Assembly: GCA_007694005.1 (NCBI GenBank) | Contig: RECN01000017.1 | Location: forward strand, 1-27,192 | Direction of reading: 5' to 3' | Source: Spirochaetaceae bacterium | Lineage (GTDB): Bacteria > Spirochaetota > Spirochaetia > DSM-27196 > SKKC01 | Length of the DNA stretch: 27,192 bases | Part shown: positions 15,818 to 24,926 of the stretch, one piece after another | Position numbering within the stretch: the stretch's first letter is position 1 | Layout: each line of letters opens with the position of its first letter | Program-made: the position numbers and the translations under genes | The notes under the pieces: model-generated | Told to the model about the DNA's origin: nothing | Seen by the model: only the letters and a program-made list of their open reading frames with translations | Databases searched by the model: none

Positions 15818-16555
15818 TCAGTCGCACGCGTTCACGAGATACGAAAGAAGCTGGTCGAGCACCGCATCGACCCGCTCGTATCGTCCCGGTGGAAGAGATC
15901 GCATTTCCTCTGCTGTCTGCACCCACGGCCCCGGACTGATCTCATCGGCGCAGTGCTTTGTAATAGCGTCCACCCCCTCCGGTGCCATTTCAAGATGAAA
16001 CTGAAGACCTACGGCCGACCGGCCGAGCTGGAACGCCTGGTTCCGGCAGCCCGGGCTTTCTGCGAGCAGGACGCTCCCGGCCGGTAGCTCGAAGGTGTCG
16101 CCGTGCCAGTGGAAGACCTCTATTGCAGGCGGAAAACGAAACGGTATACGCCCCAGGTCGCCTGGCAGACGATCGTCTGGTACCGGGACAGCCTGAACCG
16201 GAAACCAGCCTATTTCCCGGTGTTCGTTGGGATACACCCGGGCACCCATGGCTGAAGCGATCAGCTGTGCGCCGAGACAGACCCCGAGTACCGGCCGACC
16301 GGCCTCGATACACCGGCGAATGAAGGCCTTTTCGTCCCGGAGCCAGGGGTAGACGTCCTCGTCGTTCACGCTCATGGGCCCACCCATGACGACGAGAAAG
16401 TCCGTTTCCAGCGGATCACCGGCAGCACCTTCGGCCGGCACAGGATCGTCGTCGTAGAGGTGTATTATATCGACCTCGTACCCTGCGTGCCGGAACCAGG
16501 GCTCAATTCGTCCGGGTCCCTCAAAAGGCACGTGCTGCAGTATGCGGGCGCGCAT
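15818..16555 (-). CDS. Class I glutamine amidotransferase (GATase1, GMP-synthase-like) domain protein
   Basis: 245 aa. Nucleophile elbow GVCLGAQLIA, downstream HWHGDTF and FQFHLE (His/Glu of the triad). Confidence 0.8.
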   Translation of the reverse strand: MRARILQHVPFEGPGRIEPWFRHAGYEVDIIHLYDDDPVPAEGAAGDPLETDFLVVMGGPMSVNDEDVYPWLRDEKAFIRRCIEAGRPVLGVCLGAQLIASAMGARVYPNEHREIGWFPVQAVPVPDDRLPGDLGRIPFRFPPAIEVFHWHGDTFELPAGSVLLAESPGCRNQAFQLGRSAVGLQFHLEMAPEGVDAITKHCADEISPGPWVQTAEEMRSLPPGRYERVDAVLDQLLSYLVNACD

Positions 16556-16574
16556 CAGGTATCCTCCTGTATCT

Positions 16575-17249
16575 TCAGCGGGTCACTACGGGATCAGTCC
16601 CGAGTGCTTCCACGAAATACCAGTCAATTACTGCCCAGTGTGGCGCAGTGCCTTCGAGGTGGGCAAGTGCTTCATCGAGGTTGACCCTGCGACCCGAAGC
16701 AACGTTTCCGGCGGTAAAAGGTATGGGGTCACGCGTCGTGTAATAGGTGACTGCGGCGTCCATACCTCGCGCGAGCTGCCGTCCGCCCGCGAATGGACGG
16801 TACCACGCTCGTGCGGTGAAGGGATCGAGGAGAACGAGGCTGATGTCTTCCGCCCGGCCGCCTGATTCCAGGTGTGCGTCGACGAGGCCCTGGGCGAGCC
16901 ACGCCCCGGCCGAATGGGCGATTATGGTTACCGGGGTGGTGATCTCCGACGCAAGCGCTCTGCCCAGGCGGTACCCGCGCCCCGGGGCGCGTACCCGTTG
17001 TGCCGATACTTCGCTCCAGTCGATGACCGCAACGCGGTCGGTACTGTAGGCACGGGCGATCTCTCGGGCTGCCGCGGCGGCCCAGATTTCCGGGCCCTCG
17101 CCGGCACCGTGTACCAGGATGATATCAGATGTCCGCACCTCAACAGCGGCTGCATATCTGGTCGTCGGTGAAACCGATACACATCCGGCGAGCAGCGCGG
17201 CGAACACGATTACACCGGGAATCAAACAGGTATTTGATCGTATGTTCAT
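16575..17249 (-). CDS. Lipoprotein, alpha/beta-hydrolase (lipase/esterase-like)
   Basis: 224 aa. Signal peptide + canonical lipobox LLAGC, then ILVHGAG and a GxSxG elbow, IIAHSAGAW. Confidence 0.6.
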   Translation of the reverse strand: MNIRSNTCLIPGVIVFAALLAGCVSVSPTTRYAAAVEVRTSDIILVHGAGEGPEIWAAAAAREIARAYSTDRVAVIDWSEVSAQRVRAPGRGYRLGRALASEITTPVTIIAHSAGAWLAQGLVDAHLESGGRAEDISLVLLDPFTARAWYRPFAGGRQLARGMDAAVTYYTTRDPIPFTAGNVASGRRVNLDEALAHLEGTAPHWAVIDWYFVEALGTDPVVTR

Positions 17250-17269
17250 GAGTCAATACTATACTGCCC

Positions 17270-18016
17270 ATGCCTCGCCCATCCCAGCAGAGTTACGCAC
17301 AGTTCGGAGAAGATCGATTACTGCACCGCCTCATAGGTGAATCCGACGGGGTCTACGTGGAGGTCGGCGGCAACAACGGTATAGAGGCGAGCAACAGCTA
17401 TTACTTCGAGAAGCTCGGCCGCCGGTGCATCCTTGTTGAACCCATCCCCTACATGGTCGAGCAGATCAGGGGAAACCGGGCCTGTGTTGTCGTCGAGGCG
17501 GCGGCCGACGAACAGTCAGGCACCGCAGAGTTCGTGATTGCGCGCGGGGGAGAGACGCTGTCCACACTGGATAACGAAAACCGGTTCCGGTCGCGCGTCG
17601 ACGAACACCCGGACCAGGAACGGATCACCGTCCGCACGGCGCGGCTTGATCAGATACTTGAAGAAACGGGGCTTGTTGCCGGACGCGACCACATAGACCT
17701 TCTGTCGATCGATGTCGAGGGTAACGAACTGCGCGCGCTTCGGGGACTCAGCGTTGCGATATGGAGACCTAGGGTCATCATCCTGGAAGACAACTCTTTC
17801 GGTCGCGATCACTCGGTGCGCGATCATCTCGCGCAGGCCGGCTACACGCGATTCAAGGTAACCGGTGTGAACCACTGGTATTGTGATGCAACCGATGCAA
17901 GGCTCAACACCTGGTTGCGGCGACGCGTCGCCGGGGTCAAATCCGCCATTGTTCGCATCTACGGAGCCGTTTCAGGTCGCGGAAGACACGCTGTCTCACG
18001 CAATTCTCACAATTAA
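17270..18016 (+). CDS. FkbM-family methyltransferase
   Basis: 248 aa. N-terminal YAQFGEDRLL, SAM-binding-like VYVEVGGNNG, and LLSIDVEGNELRALRG (the FkbM-domain hallmark IDxEGxE). Confidence 0.75.
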   Translation: MPRPSQQSYAQFGEDRLLHRLIGESDGVYVEVGGNNGIEASNSYYFEKLGRRCILVEPIPYMVEQIRGNRACVVVEAAADEQSGTAEFVIARGGETLSTLDNENRFRSRVDEHPDQERITVRTARLDQILEETGLVAGRDHIDLLSIDVEGNELRALRGLSVAIWRPRVIILEDNSFGRDHSVRDHLAQAGYTRFKVTGVNHWYCDATDARLNTWLRRRVAGVKSAIVRIYGAVSGRGRHAVSRNSHN

Positions 18017-18159
18017 CTTGACCCCCCTTGGACTATTTCCATACCATCAGACTCAATACGTAGAGAGTCGCAAACGCCGGGAGCGTCCGGGTGGTGACAG
18101 GCTGGACTGTGTGGCAGTCGAATCGGACTCGGCAACACCGCGACACACAGGAGGATCAC

Positions 18160-19023
18160 ATGATTCGAAAAGTTGTAATGATGGTGCTTGCCATCTCGCT
18201 TGTTCTTTCGGTGAGTGTCTTTGCTGCCGGCCGACCGGAAGCGGCACCTGCCGAGGATACCTCAGCGCTTGAGCGGACACCGGATGACCCGAGACTGTTC
18301 CGCCCGGGGCAGCTGACTGTCGGAACCGGTGATCCGGTATTCCCGCCCTGGATGCTCAATGATGATCCTGCAAGCGGTGAAGGCTTCGAAAATGCCATGA
18401 TTTACGCGCTTGCCGAGGAGCTCGGCTTCGAACGTGATCAGGTCGTATGGGAGCGCGGACTGACCTTTGATCAGACCATTGCTCCGGGGCCAAAGCCCTT
18501 TGACTTCGCTATCCGCCAGATCTCGGTCACAGAGGAGCGCCAGCTGATCGTCGATTTCTCGATGGTTTATTTCCAGCCGGATAAAGCGGTCATCGCGCTC
18601 CCGACCAGCCCCGTGATCGGCGCCGAGTCTTTTGATGATCTCCGGAACGCCCGCTGGGGCGCAACAATCGGAACAACCGACCTCGACTACCTCGAGAACA
18701 TTCTTGGCATAAGGAACGTCCAGGTCTTCGACGATCAGGCCGGAACCTTCCAGGCAATGCAGGGTGGGCTGATCGACGCGACGGTCGCAGCGCTTCCGAG
18801 CGCGATTTTCGTGACCGGGGTGCAGGTACCGGATACCGAGATCGTCGCATTGTTGCCAGCTGACCCGAATGACCGTGGCCACGGCCTGCTCTTTCAGCAG
18901 GATAATCCGCTTGTCGACTGGATCAACGAAGGCCTTCAGGCGATCATAGAACGTGGTGTCGTCGACGAACTGATTGAACGCTACCTGCTCCCCGAGGAAG
19001 AACTTCCGGAGATCACAGGGTGA
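18160..19023 (+). CDS. Polar amino-acid ABC transporter substrate-binding protein (family 3 SBP)
   Basis: Starts at ATG 18160 (MIRKVVMMVLAISLVLSVSVFAAG..., signal peptide) with AGGAGG 6 nt upstream. PBPb-type fold motifs are present (LTVGTGDPVFPPW, FDFAIRQISVTEERQ). Confidence 0.85.
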   Translation: MIRKVVMMVLAISLVLSVSVFAAGRPEAAPAEDTSALERTPDDPRLFRPGQLTVGTGDPVFPPWMLNDDPASGEGFENAMIYALAEELGFERDQVVWERGLTFDQTIAPGPKPFDFAIRQISVTEERQLIVDFSMVYFQPDKAVIALPTSPVIGAESFDDLRNARWGATIGTTDLDYLENILGIRNVQVFDDQAGTFQAMQGGLIDATVAALPSAIFVTGVQVPDTEIVALLPADPNDRGHGLLFQQDNPLVDWINEGLQAIIERGVVDELIERYLLPEEELPEITG

Positions 19024-19868
19024 GTTCAGACGCACGCGTGCCGGCACCGCCGGCACGCCGCACTCCAACCCTGAAGGAGCGGGCCGTCCCTGCTCTCATC
19101 AGCATTGTCAGCGTAACAGTGTTCTTCGGCACCATCGCCTTCCTCGTAACGAGTGCAGAGCAGTGGCCGCGAATACGCTTTCAGTTCTTCAACCCCGACG
19201 CGATCATGGCGGCGTTCCCGAACGTGCTGCGGGGATTCGGCATCAACATGATGGTCTGGGCCATAGCGCTTGTCGCAATAGCGATCTGGGCGCTTGTTCT
19301 GGCGGTGTTCAGATCGCTAACCGGGCCTATACTCGCACCGCTTAAGGTTTTTTCGATTGTATACATCGATCTTCTTCGCGGAATACCTTCACTGCTTCTT
19401 GTACTCCTGTTCGGTTTCGGAGTTCCCGCCCTGCAGATCCCCGGACTTCCCCGAAGCAGCCTGTTCTGGGGTTCAGTCGCGATGGTTCTCGGGTACTCCG
19501 CATACGCGGCGGAAGTCTATCGCTCTGGAATGGAAGCCGTTCATGACGGGCAGCGTGCCGCGGCCAAAGCCCTCGGCCTTTCTCAGTGGCAGACGCTGTA
19601 TTACGCCATTATTCCGCAGGCAGTCCGCAATGTACTGCCCGCACTCCTGAACCTCGCGGTAGCGCTTCAGAAAGATGTCGCCCTGTTGAGCGTCATAGGT
19701 GTCCGGGACGCAGTCAGGGAAGCCCAGATCTATACCGCCCGGACCTTCAACTACTCGTCTCTGATTGCCGCTGCGATACTTTTCCTCGTGGCGACCATAC
19801 CTATGGCACGCATCACCGATTATGTCGCCCGTAAAGATCAGGAACGACGGCTTCAGAGGACCGTATAA
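19020..19868 (+). CDS. Polar amino-acid ABC transporter permease (HisM/HisQ/GlnP type)
   Basis: GTG start overlaps the SBP stop (GTGA). It has multiple TM helices and the EAA-like loop AKALGLSQWQTLYYAIIPQAVRNVLPALLN. Confidence 0.85.
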   Translation: MSSDARVPAPPARRTPTLKERAVPALISIVSVTVFFGTIAFLVTSAEQWPRIRFQFFNPDAIMAAFPNVLRGFGINMMVWAIALVAIAIWALVLAVFRSLTGPILAPLKVFSIVYIDLLRGIPSLLLVLLFGFGVPALQIPGLPRSSLFWGSVAMVLGYSAYAAEVYRSGMEAVHDGQRAAAKALGLSQWQTLYYAIIPQAVRNVLPALLNLAVALQKDVALLSVIGVRDAVREAQIYTARTFNYSSLIAAAILFLVATIPMARITDYVARKDQERRLQRTV

Positions 19869-19870
19869 GC

Positions 19871-20614
19871 ATGAATCGTGTAGAAATCTCCTCCGTAACG
19901 AAGTATTACGGAAACAACCTTGTCCTCGATGAAGTAAGCCTCGCTGTCCGCGAACACGAGGTCGTCTGTCTGATCGGTGCGTCCGGGTCGGGTAAATCGA
20001 CCCTGCTCCGCTGTGTGAACAAGCTAGTGCCCTTCGACCACGGCGATATCAGCATTGACGGTGTATCGATATTCAGTGAGCAGTTCAACAACAACGAGCT
20101 GCACAAGCGGGTCGGAATCGTGTTTCAGGCGTACAACCTGTTTCCGCACATCAACGTTCTGAACAACATTACGCTTGCGCCCCGGAAGGTTCACGGGGTC
20201 AGCCGGGAAGAAAGCGAAGAGCGCGCCATTAAACTACTGGAACTTTTCGGTATGCAGGGCTACGAAAAGAGCTACCCCGAGCAGCTCTCGGGCGGACAGC
20301 AGCAGCGTGTCGCAATCGTACGCGCACTCGCAACGCAGCCGGATGTCCTCATGCTCGACGAGGTCACCGCAGCACTCGATCCAGAACTGATCGGTGGTGT
20401 CCTGAAAATTATCCGGGACCTGAAGACACAGGGCATGACCATGCTCATTGTAACGCACGAAATGGGGTTTGCCAGGGACGTCGCAGACCGCGTCTGCTTT
20501 CTCGAAGGTGGACGGATTCTCGAAGAGGCACCTCCGAACAAGCTCTTTTCCGCTCCCGAGAATCCCCGGACCCGCCAGTTTCTCCAGCGCATAATCGAAG
20601 CCGGCCGTCTCTGA
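19871..20614 (+). CDS. Amino-acid ABC transporter ATP-binding protein (GlnQ/HisP-like)
   Basis: 247 aa. Walker A GASGSGKSTLLRC, Q-loop, signature LSGGQQQRVAIVRAL, Walker B LMLDEVTAALD. Confidence 0.92.
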   Translation: MNRVEISSVTKYYGNNLVLDEVSLAVREHEVVCLIGASGSGKSTLLRCVNKLVPFDHGDISIDGVSIFSEQFNNNELHKRVGIVFQAYNLFPHINVLNNITLAPRKVHGVSREESEERAIKLLELFGMQGYEKSYPEQLSGGQQQRVAIVRALATQPDVLMLDEVTAALDPELIGGVLKIIRDLKTQGMTMLIVTHEMGFARDVADRVCFLEGGRILEEAPPNKLFSAPENPRTRQFLQRIIEAGRL

Positions 20615-20634
20615 AGCAGGGGCCGGTTTCATTT
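20601..20634 (+). terminator. Weak candidate terminator overlapping the ABC ATPase stop (CCGGCC-14nt-GGCCGG then TTTCATTT)
   Basis: Inverted repeat 20601-20606 / 20621-20626 followed by a U-rich tract. Confidence 0.3.
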
Positions 20635-20701
20635 CTATGAGCGAAAATATCAAGAAATCGATACCGTTCTGACATTCGTTTTCGGTTCGGACCCTGCTAC
20701 C

Positions 20702-22039
20702 ATGTCGCGCATGAGTACACGCAAACGGTATGCAGTCGTCGGAACCGGCGGCAGAAGCAAGATGTATCTGAAGGCCCTCGCAACAAGCCACGCAGCGCAT
20801 GGAGAACTTGTTGCTTTATGCGACCTGAACTCGGTCAGGCTTGATTATGCAAACGAGGAACTCGAGAAAGAGTTCGGGTACCACCCGGTGCCGGCCTATC
20901 TGCCTCGTGACTTCGAAACCATGATTTCACGCGAACGTGTCGATACGGTCATCGTCACGTCCATCGATCGAACTCACCACACCTACATAATCCGGGCAAT
21001 GAACGCGGGCTGTGACGCGATAACAGAGAAACCCATGACGACCGATGCCGATAAATGCGCTGCCATTAATGAGGCAATTCGCAGGACGGGCAAAAACCTC
21101 ACGGTTACCTTCAACTATCGCTACGCACCGCGCAACGCCCGGGTCAAGGAAGTACTTATGTCGGGCGCTATCGGTGACATCAAGAGCGTTCACTTCGAGT
21201 GGCTTCTTGACACAAACCATGGTGCGGACTATTTCCGTCGCTGGCACCGCGACAAGCGAAACTCCGGGGGGCTCATGGTCCACAAGGCAACCCATCACTT
21301 TGATCTGGTGAACTGGTGGCTTGATTCCAGCCCGAAGGACGTCTACGCGTTCGGAGATCTCGTTTTTTACGGCCGGGAGAACGCTGAGGCCCGCGGAGTG
21401 ACAGAGTTCTACGATCGTTCTACGGGTAATCCCATCGCACGACGCGATCCCTTCGCGCTGCACATGGACGTCAACGAGAAGCTGCGCCGCACCTACCTTG
21501 AGGCTGAGGGTGAGGACGGGTACCGGCGCGATCAGAGCGTCTTTTCGGACGGTATTTCCATAGAGGATGACATGAGTGTCCTGGTTCGCTACAACAGCGG
21601 CGCGACCATGAGCTATCACCTCACCGCCTACTCACCCTGGGAAGGTTTCAGGATCGCATTCAACGGTAGCAGGGGGCGTCTGGAATACAATGTGACCGAA
21701 GTATCCTATATCTCCACCTCAGATACAGACATACACGGTGAGTCTTCGCTTGGAAGCGAAAAACACGATGCCGAGGTCCCCGCAGAGCTGATCCTGCATC
21801 GTCACTGGCAGGCGCCTGAATACATTGCACTCGACGAATCTGACGAAAGCGGACACGGAGGTGGCGACATCAGATTGCTCGCCGACGTGTTCGTCGGTTC
21901 GGAAGCCGACCCTCTCGGCCGGGCCGCAGATCACCGGTCGGGAACGGACTCAATCCTGACCGGAATTGCTGCAAACCTTTCGATGGCAGAAGGCCGAAAG
22001 ATCGACGTAAACGACCTCAGGACACGGGTCGGGGGCTGA
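20702..22039 (+). CDS. Gfo/Idh/MocA-family NAD(P)-dependent oxidoreductase (long ~445-aa form)
   Basis: N-terminal Rossmann RYAVVGTGGRSKMY, then consensus EKP (AITEKPM) and the characteristic C-terminal alpha/beta domain. No signal peptide. Confidence 0.85.
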   Translation: MSRMSTRKRYAVVGTGGRSKMYLKALATSHAAHGELVALCDLNSVRLDYANEELEKEFGYHPVPAYLPRDFETMISRERVDTVIVTSIDRTHHTYIIRAMNAGCDAITEKPMTTDADKCAAINEAIRRTGKNLTVTFNYRYAPRNARVKEVLMSGAIGDIKSVHFEWLLDTNHGADYFRRWHRDKRNSGGLMVHKATHHFDLVNWWLDSSPKDVYAFGDLVFYGRENAEARGVTEFYDRSTGNPIARRDPFALHMDVNEKLRRTYLEAEGEDGYRRDQSVFSDGISIEDDMSVLVRYNSGATMSYHLTAYSPWEGFRIAFNGSRGRLEYNVTEVSYISTSDTDIHGESSLGSEKHDAEVPAELILHRHWQAPEYIALDESDESGHGGGDIRLLADVFVGSEADPLGRAADHRSGTDSILTGIAANLSMAEGRKIDVNDLRTRVGG

Positions 22040-22847
22040 TACTCGATTTCTGTCTGACATCGGGCCACCGCTCACGCCAGCTGAGCGGTGGGGTCCCATG
22101 CACGGTAGCAAACGCACGACTGAACGAGGCGATTTCGGCGTACCCGCAGGCTTCGGCTATCCGGGATACCGGTATGGAACTCATCGAAAGGAGATGCCGT
22201 GCGCGCTCCATGCGCATTGCACCCATGACGGCACGCGGCGACTCCCCCCGCACACGTTCGACCAGACGGCGAAAATGAGCGACCGAGTACCCGCAGTGAG
22301 CCGCGATGTCCGCCCCGCCTATCCCTTCATTCATGTGCTCGGCGTAAAACGCGAAGCCCTGTTCGACGACACGGGCCGCCGTACTGTCCTGCTCGTTGTG
22401 TTCCGGGATCAGATCCAAATTTCCGCGCAGGACCATCCTGCAAAGCCGGGCAATCACTTCATCAACCTCGAGTGCGACCAGCCGGTCGCGTGACTCCAGG
22501 GCATCGATGAGCGTGGCGCACGCAGCACGTATCGCGACGCATTCGCGATCGTCGAGAGCAACGTGCACATAGCCTTCGTTCCGGCAGACGTGCTGCATGA
22601 GACCGGGGACAGAATCAACGTGAAACACCGCCACTTCACAGGGCGCCTCCCGGGCCGAATGCCACCCGTGAACAAGACCGGGAGGAAAAACCCACAGGCG
22701 GGGAGAGGCGGTACTAAGCGTCTCGTCAAGAAACAGAGGGGACGCCGATCCTGACAGGATCGCCTGAAACTCCCAGTACGAACGTGCGTACGGCATGAGC
22801 GGACGTTTCGAGTAATTTCTGATTCCGGAGCCGAGATAGTGCACCAT
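22017..22847 (-). CDS. AraC-family transcriptional regulator (N-terminal cupin-type sensor + C-terminal HTH)
   Basis: C-terminal AraC HTH HFRRLVERVRGESPRAVMGAMRMERARHLLSMSSIPVSRIAEACGYAEIASFSRAFATVHGTPPLSWRE. The start is uncertain (22847 or the internal M at residue 18) and there is no clear RBS. Its 3' end overlaps the Gfo/Idh gene by 23 nt (convergent). Confidence 0.8.
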   Translation of the reverse strand: MVHYLGSGIRNYSKRPLMPYARSYWEFQAILSGSASPLFLDETLSTASPRLWVFPPGLVHGWHSAREAPCEVAVFHVDSVPGLMQHVCRNEGYVHVALDDRECVAIRAACATLIDALESRDRLVALEVDEVIARLCRMVLRGNLDLIPEHNEQDSTAARVVEQGFAFYAEHMNEGIGGADIAAHCGYSVAHFRRLVERVRGESPRAVMGAMRMERARHLLSMSSIPVSRIAEACGYAEIASFSRAFATVHGTPPLSWRERWPDVRQKSSISPRPVS

Positions 22848-22916
22848 AGGTCGTGCACAGCTTGAAAATGAAGCATGGACGTGTCAAGACTAAACGGGTA
22901 AAGAAAGGAAAGTGAA

Positions 22917-24017
22917 ATGCGTTGTACGGGAACACAAAGGATCCTGCAGCTTGTGGTATTCAGCATTCTCGCGGGAGGCTTCGTTATGTGTGCACATACG
23001 GAAAACGGAGACGAGCTGCCTTTTGAGCGCGTCCGCGACGATGCCGCAGAGTCCGGATTTAACTCGGACACGACCGAACGTCTGCGCGAGAGCATCCCCG
23101 AGCTCGGCAACGCGTGGTCGGCCGATGCGCGGTCGGACTACGAGGCATACCGTCGACACTGGCAGTTCGCGCTCGATGCTGAGACCCTCGCTGCGGGCCT
23201 GGTAAGAACCGGGACCGACGATACTGTCTTTGTACAAGTACTCCGTTCGGTCGAAAATGGCGCCCCGGACGCGCCGGTGGCGTTTTTTGTCCACGGATAC
23301 CTCGACCATACCCCGACCAACCGTTACGCGATTGAAGCGCTGCTCGACGCAGGCATCACCGTAATTACTATGGACCTTCCGGGCCACGGCCTCTCCAGTG
23401 GACGCCGGGCCTACATCGATGACTTCGAACAGTACGCTCAGGCCGTTGAACAGACGCTTGAGGCAGTTGAACAGAGCGGGATACTCGGTTCGGACCGCCT
23501 GTCCGGATTGACAGGGATCGCACATAGCACCGGCGCGAGCGCGCTCCTGGAACATACAGAGCAGTTCGGGAACCGCTTTACCCGCATGGTCTTCGCGGCT
23601 CCGCTGATCAGAGTTTTCGCGTTTCCAATTCTTGAAGCAGGAGCCGACATCGTCGGTCAGATCGTCGATCAGCTACCCGACCGAATTTCGGGGAGCACAA
23701 CAAACGACGCCTACATAGAGTTTGCCGAGAAGCACGATACCCTCAAGATACGCCACACAGACCTGGAATGGTTCCAGGCCTATCTTCGATGGGAAGAGTC
23801 GCTTCAACAGATTGCCGAGCAAGATACCCCCCTGCTTCTCATACTTGCGGGAGATGATACGGTCGTCGCGAACGACTACAACGAAGAGTTTCTAAGACGG
23901 GTGTTCACGGATATTCGCGTAATCGAGGTCGAAAACATCCGGCACAGTGTCTTTACTGAAGCGGCTGTGATCAACGGCACGGTACTCGCTGAGATGCTCG
24001 GCTTTGTTCTAGACTAG
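22917..24017 (+). CDS. Secreted (possibly lipoprotein) alpha/beta hydrolase, lysophospholipase/monoacylglycerol-lipase-like
   Basis: 366 aa with RBS AAAGGAAAG. It has a signal peptide ending ...ILAGGFVMC, FFVHGYLDH (the oxyanion HG) and a GIAHSTGAS nucleophile elbow. Confidence 0.75.
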   Translation: MRCTGTQRILQLVVFSILAGGFVMCAHTENGDELPFERVRDDAAESGFNSDTTERLRESIPELGNAWSADARSDYEAYRRHWQFALDAETLAAGLVRTGTDDTVFVQVLRSVENGAPDAPVAFFVHGYLDHTPTNRYAIEALLDAGITVITMDLPGHGLSSGRRAYIDDFEQYAQAVEQTLEAVEQSGILGSDRLSGLTGIAHSTGASALLEHTEQFGNRFTRMVFAAPLIRVFAFPILEAGADIVGQIVDQLPDRISGSTTNDAYIEFAEKHDTLKIRHTDLEWFQAYLRWEESLQQIAEQDTPLLLILAGDDTVVANDYNEEFLRRVFTDIRVIEVENIRHSVFTEAAVINGTVLAEMLGFVLD

Positions 24018-24029
24018 GCGAAGGACCAC

Positions 24030-24074
24030 CAGGCAGGGCGCGGGCCGGGCCACCTTCAGGCCCGCACCTGCCTG
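24030..24074. terminator. GC-rich hairpin between convergent genes (candidate bidirectional terminator)
   Basis: CAGGCAGGgCGCGGGCC-loop-GGCCCGCaCCTGCCTG (24030-24046 paired with 24059-24074). Only a weak U-tract (TTCAACCACATTTT) follows on the plus strand, and none on the minus strand. Confidence 0.45.
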
Positions 24075-24075
24075 T

Positions 24076-24900
24076 TCAACCACATTTTGAGTCGCCGCAG
24101 TTCAGACAGGTTCTGCAGCCGTCCATAATGACAACTGCGGCGGTACTGCACTTCGGACAGAGTTGGGCTCCTACGGGAAATGAGCCCCCTGTGTTACCGT
24201 TTTTTTTTTCGGAATCATCCCGACCATTGGGCTGCACGGCACCGCCCGCGGGTGGCGCGGCTGCCGCCAGCTGGGAGCCCTCGCCCGAGGCCTGGGCGAA
24301 CAGATCACCCTGGGCGTTTGCTGCCTCGTATTCGGCCCGCTTTTCTGCAAGAAGCTGTTTCTGATGCTCGCTGAGGCCTTTGGGCTCAATCATGCCGATT
24401 TTGACAAGATGCTCTTCTATGACCTCTCCGATTTCGGCGATGAGTGAGGGCATGAACTTACCACCGGTTTTCCAGTATCCACCGCGAGGATCAAACACAG
24501 CCTTGAGTTCTTCAACGAGAAACTCCACGTCCCCACCCTTGCGAAACACCGCCGAGATAATACGGGTGAGCGCGACGATCCACTGAAAATGGTCAAGATT
24601 CTTGGAGTTGATGAAAATCTCAAACGGGCGCCTGACCTGATTCTCGGTTCCCTCGTTCAACACAATGTCGTTGATCGTTATATACATTGCGTGATCTGAA
24701 ACCGGTGTTTTGACCTTATACGTGGATCCGAGTAGCGCATACGGTCGCTCGAGCGCCTCGTGCATCGCTATGATTTCGCTTCTCGAATCATCGACAGCGG
24801 GAGGCGCTGATTGTGTTTCGGCTGCTGCTGCCGCTTCAGTTGGCGCTACGCCCTTGCGGACGCGATAGTCTACGATTTCGCCTTCAATTCGTCGTGCCAT
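24076..24900 (-). CDS. nrdJb: Class II (adenosylcobalamin-dependent) ribonucleotide reductase, small C-terminal polypeptide of a split enzyme
   Basis: 274 aa. It has a conserved RNR C-terminal core block (FEIFINSKNLDHFQWIVALTRIISAVFRKGGDVEFLVEELKAVFDPRGGYW) and a terminal Cys-rich zinc-ribbon / thioredoxin-interaction tail CPKCSTAAVVIMDGCRTCLNCGDSKCG. It sits immediately downstream of the large subunit with its own RBS. The arrangement matches the split nrdJa/nrdJb known from Pseudomonas aeruginosa (established knowledge). Confidence 0.7.
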   Translation of the reverse strand: MARRIEGEIVDYRVRKGVAPTEAAAAAETQSAPPAVDDSRSEIIAMHEALERPYALLGSTYKVKTPVSDHAMYITINDIVLNEGTENQVRRPFEIFINSKNLDHFQWIVALTRIISAVFRKGGDVEFLVEELKAVFDPRGGYWKTGGKFMPSLIAEIGEVIEEHLVKIGMIEPKGLSEHQKQLLAEKRAEYEAANAQGDLFAQASGEGSQLAAAAPPAGGAVQPNGRDDSEKKNGNTGGSFPVGAQLCPKCSTAAVVIMDGCRTCLNCGDSKCG

Positions 24901-24926
24901 GTTTTCGTCCCTTTCTTATCGTGCCG

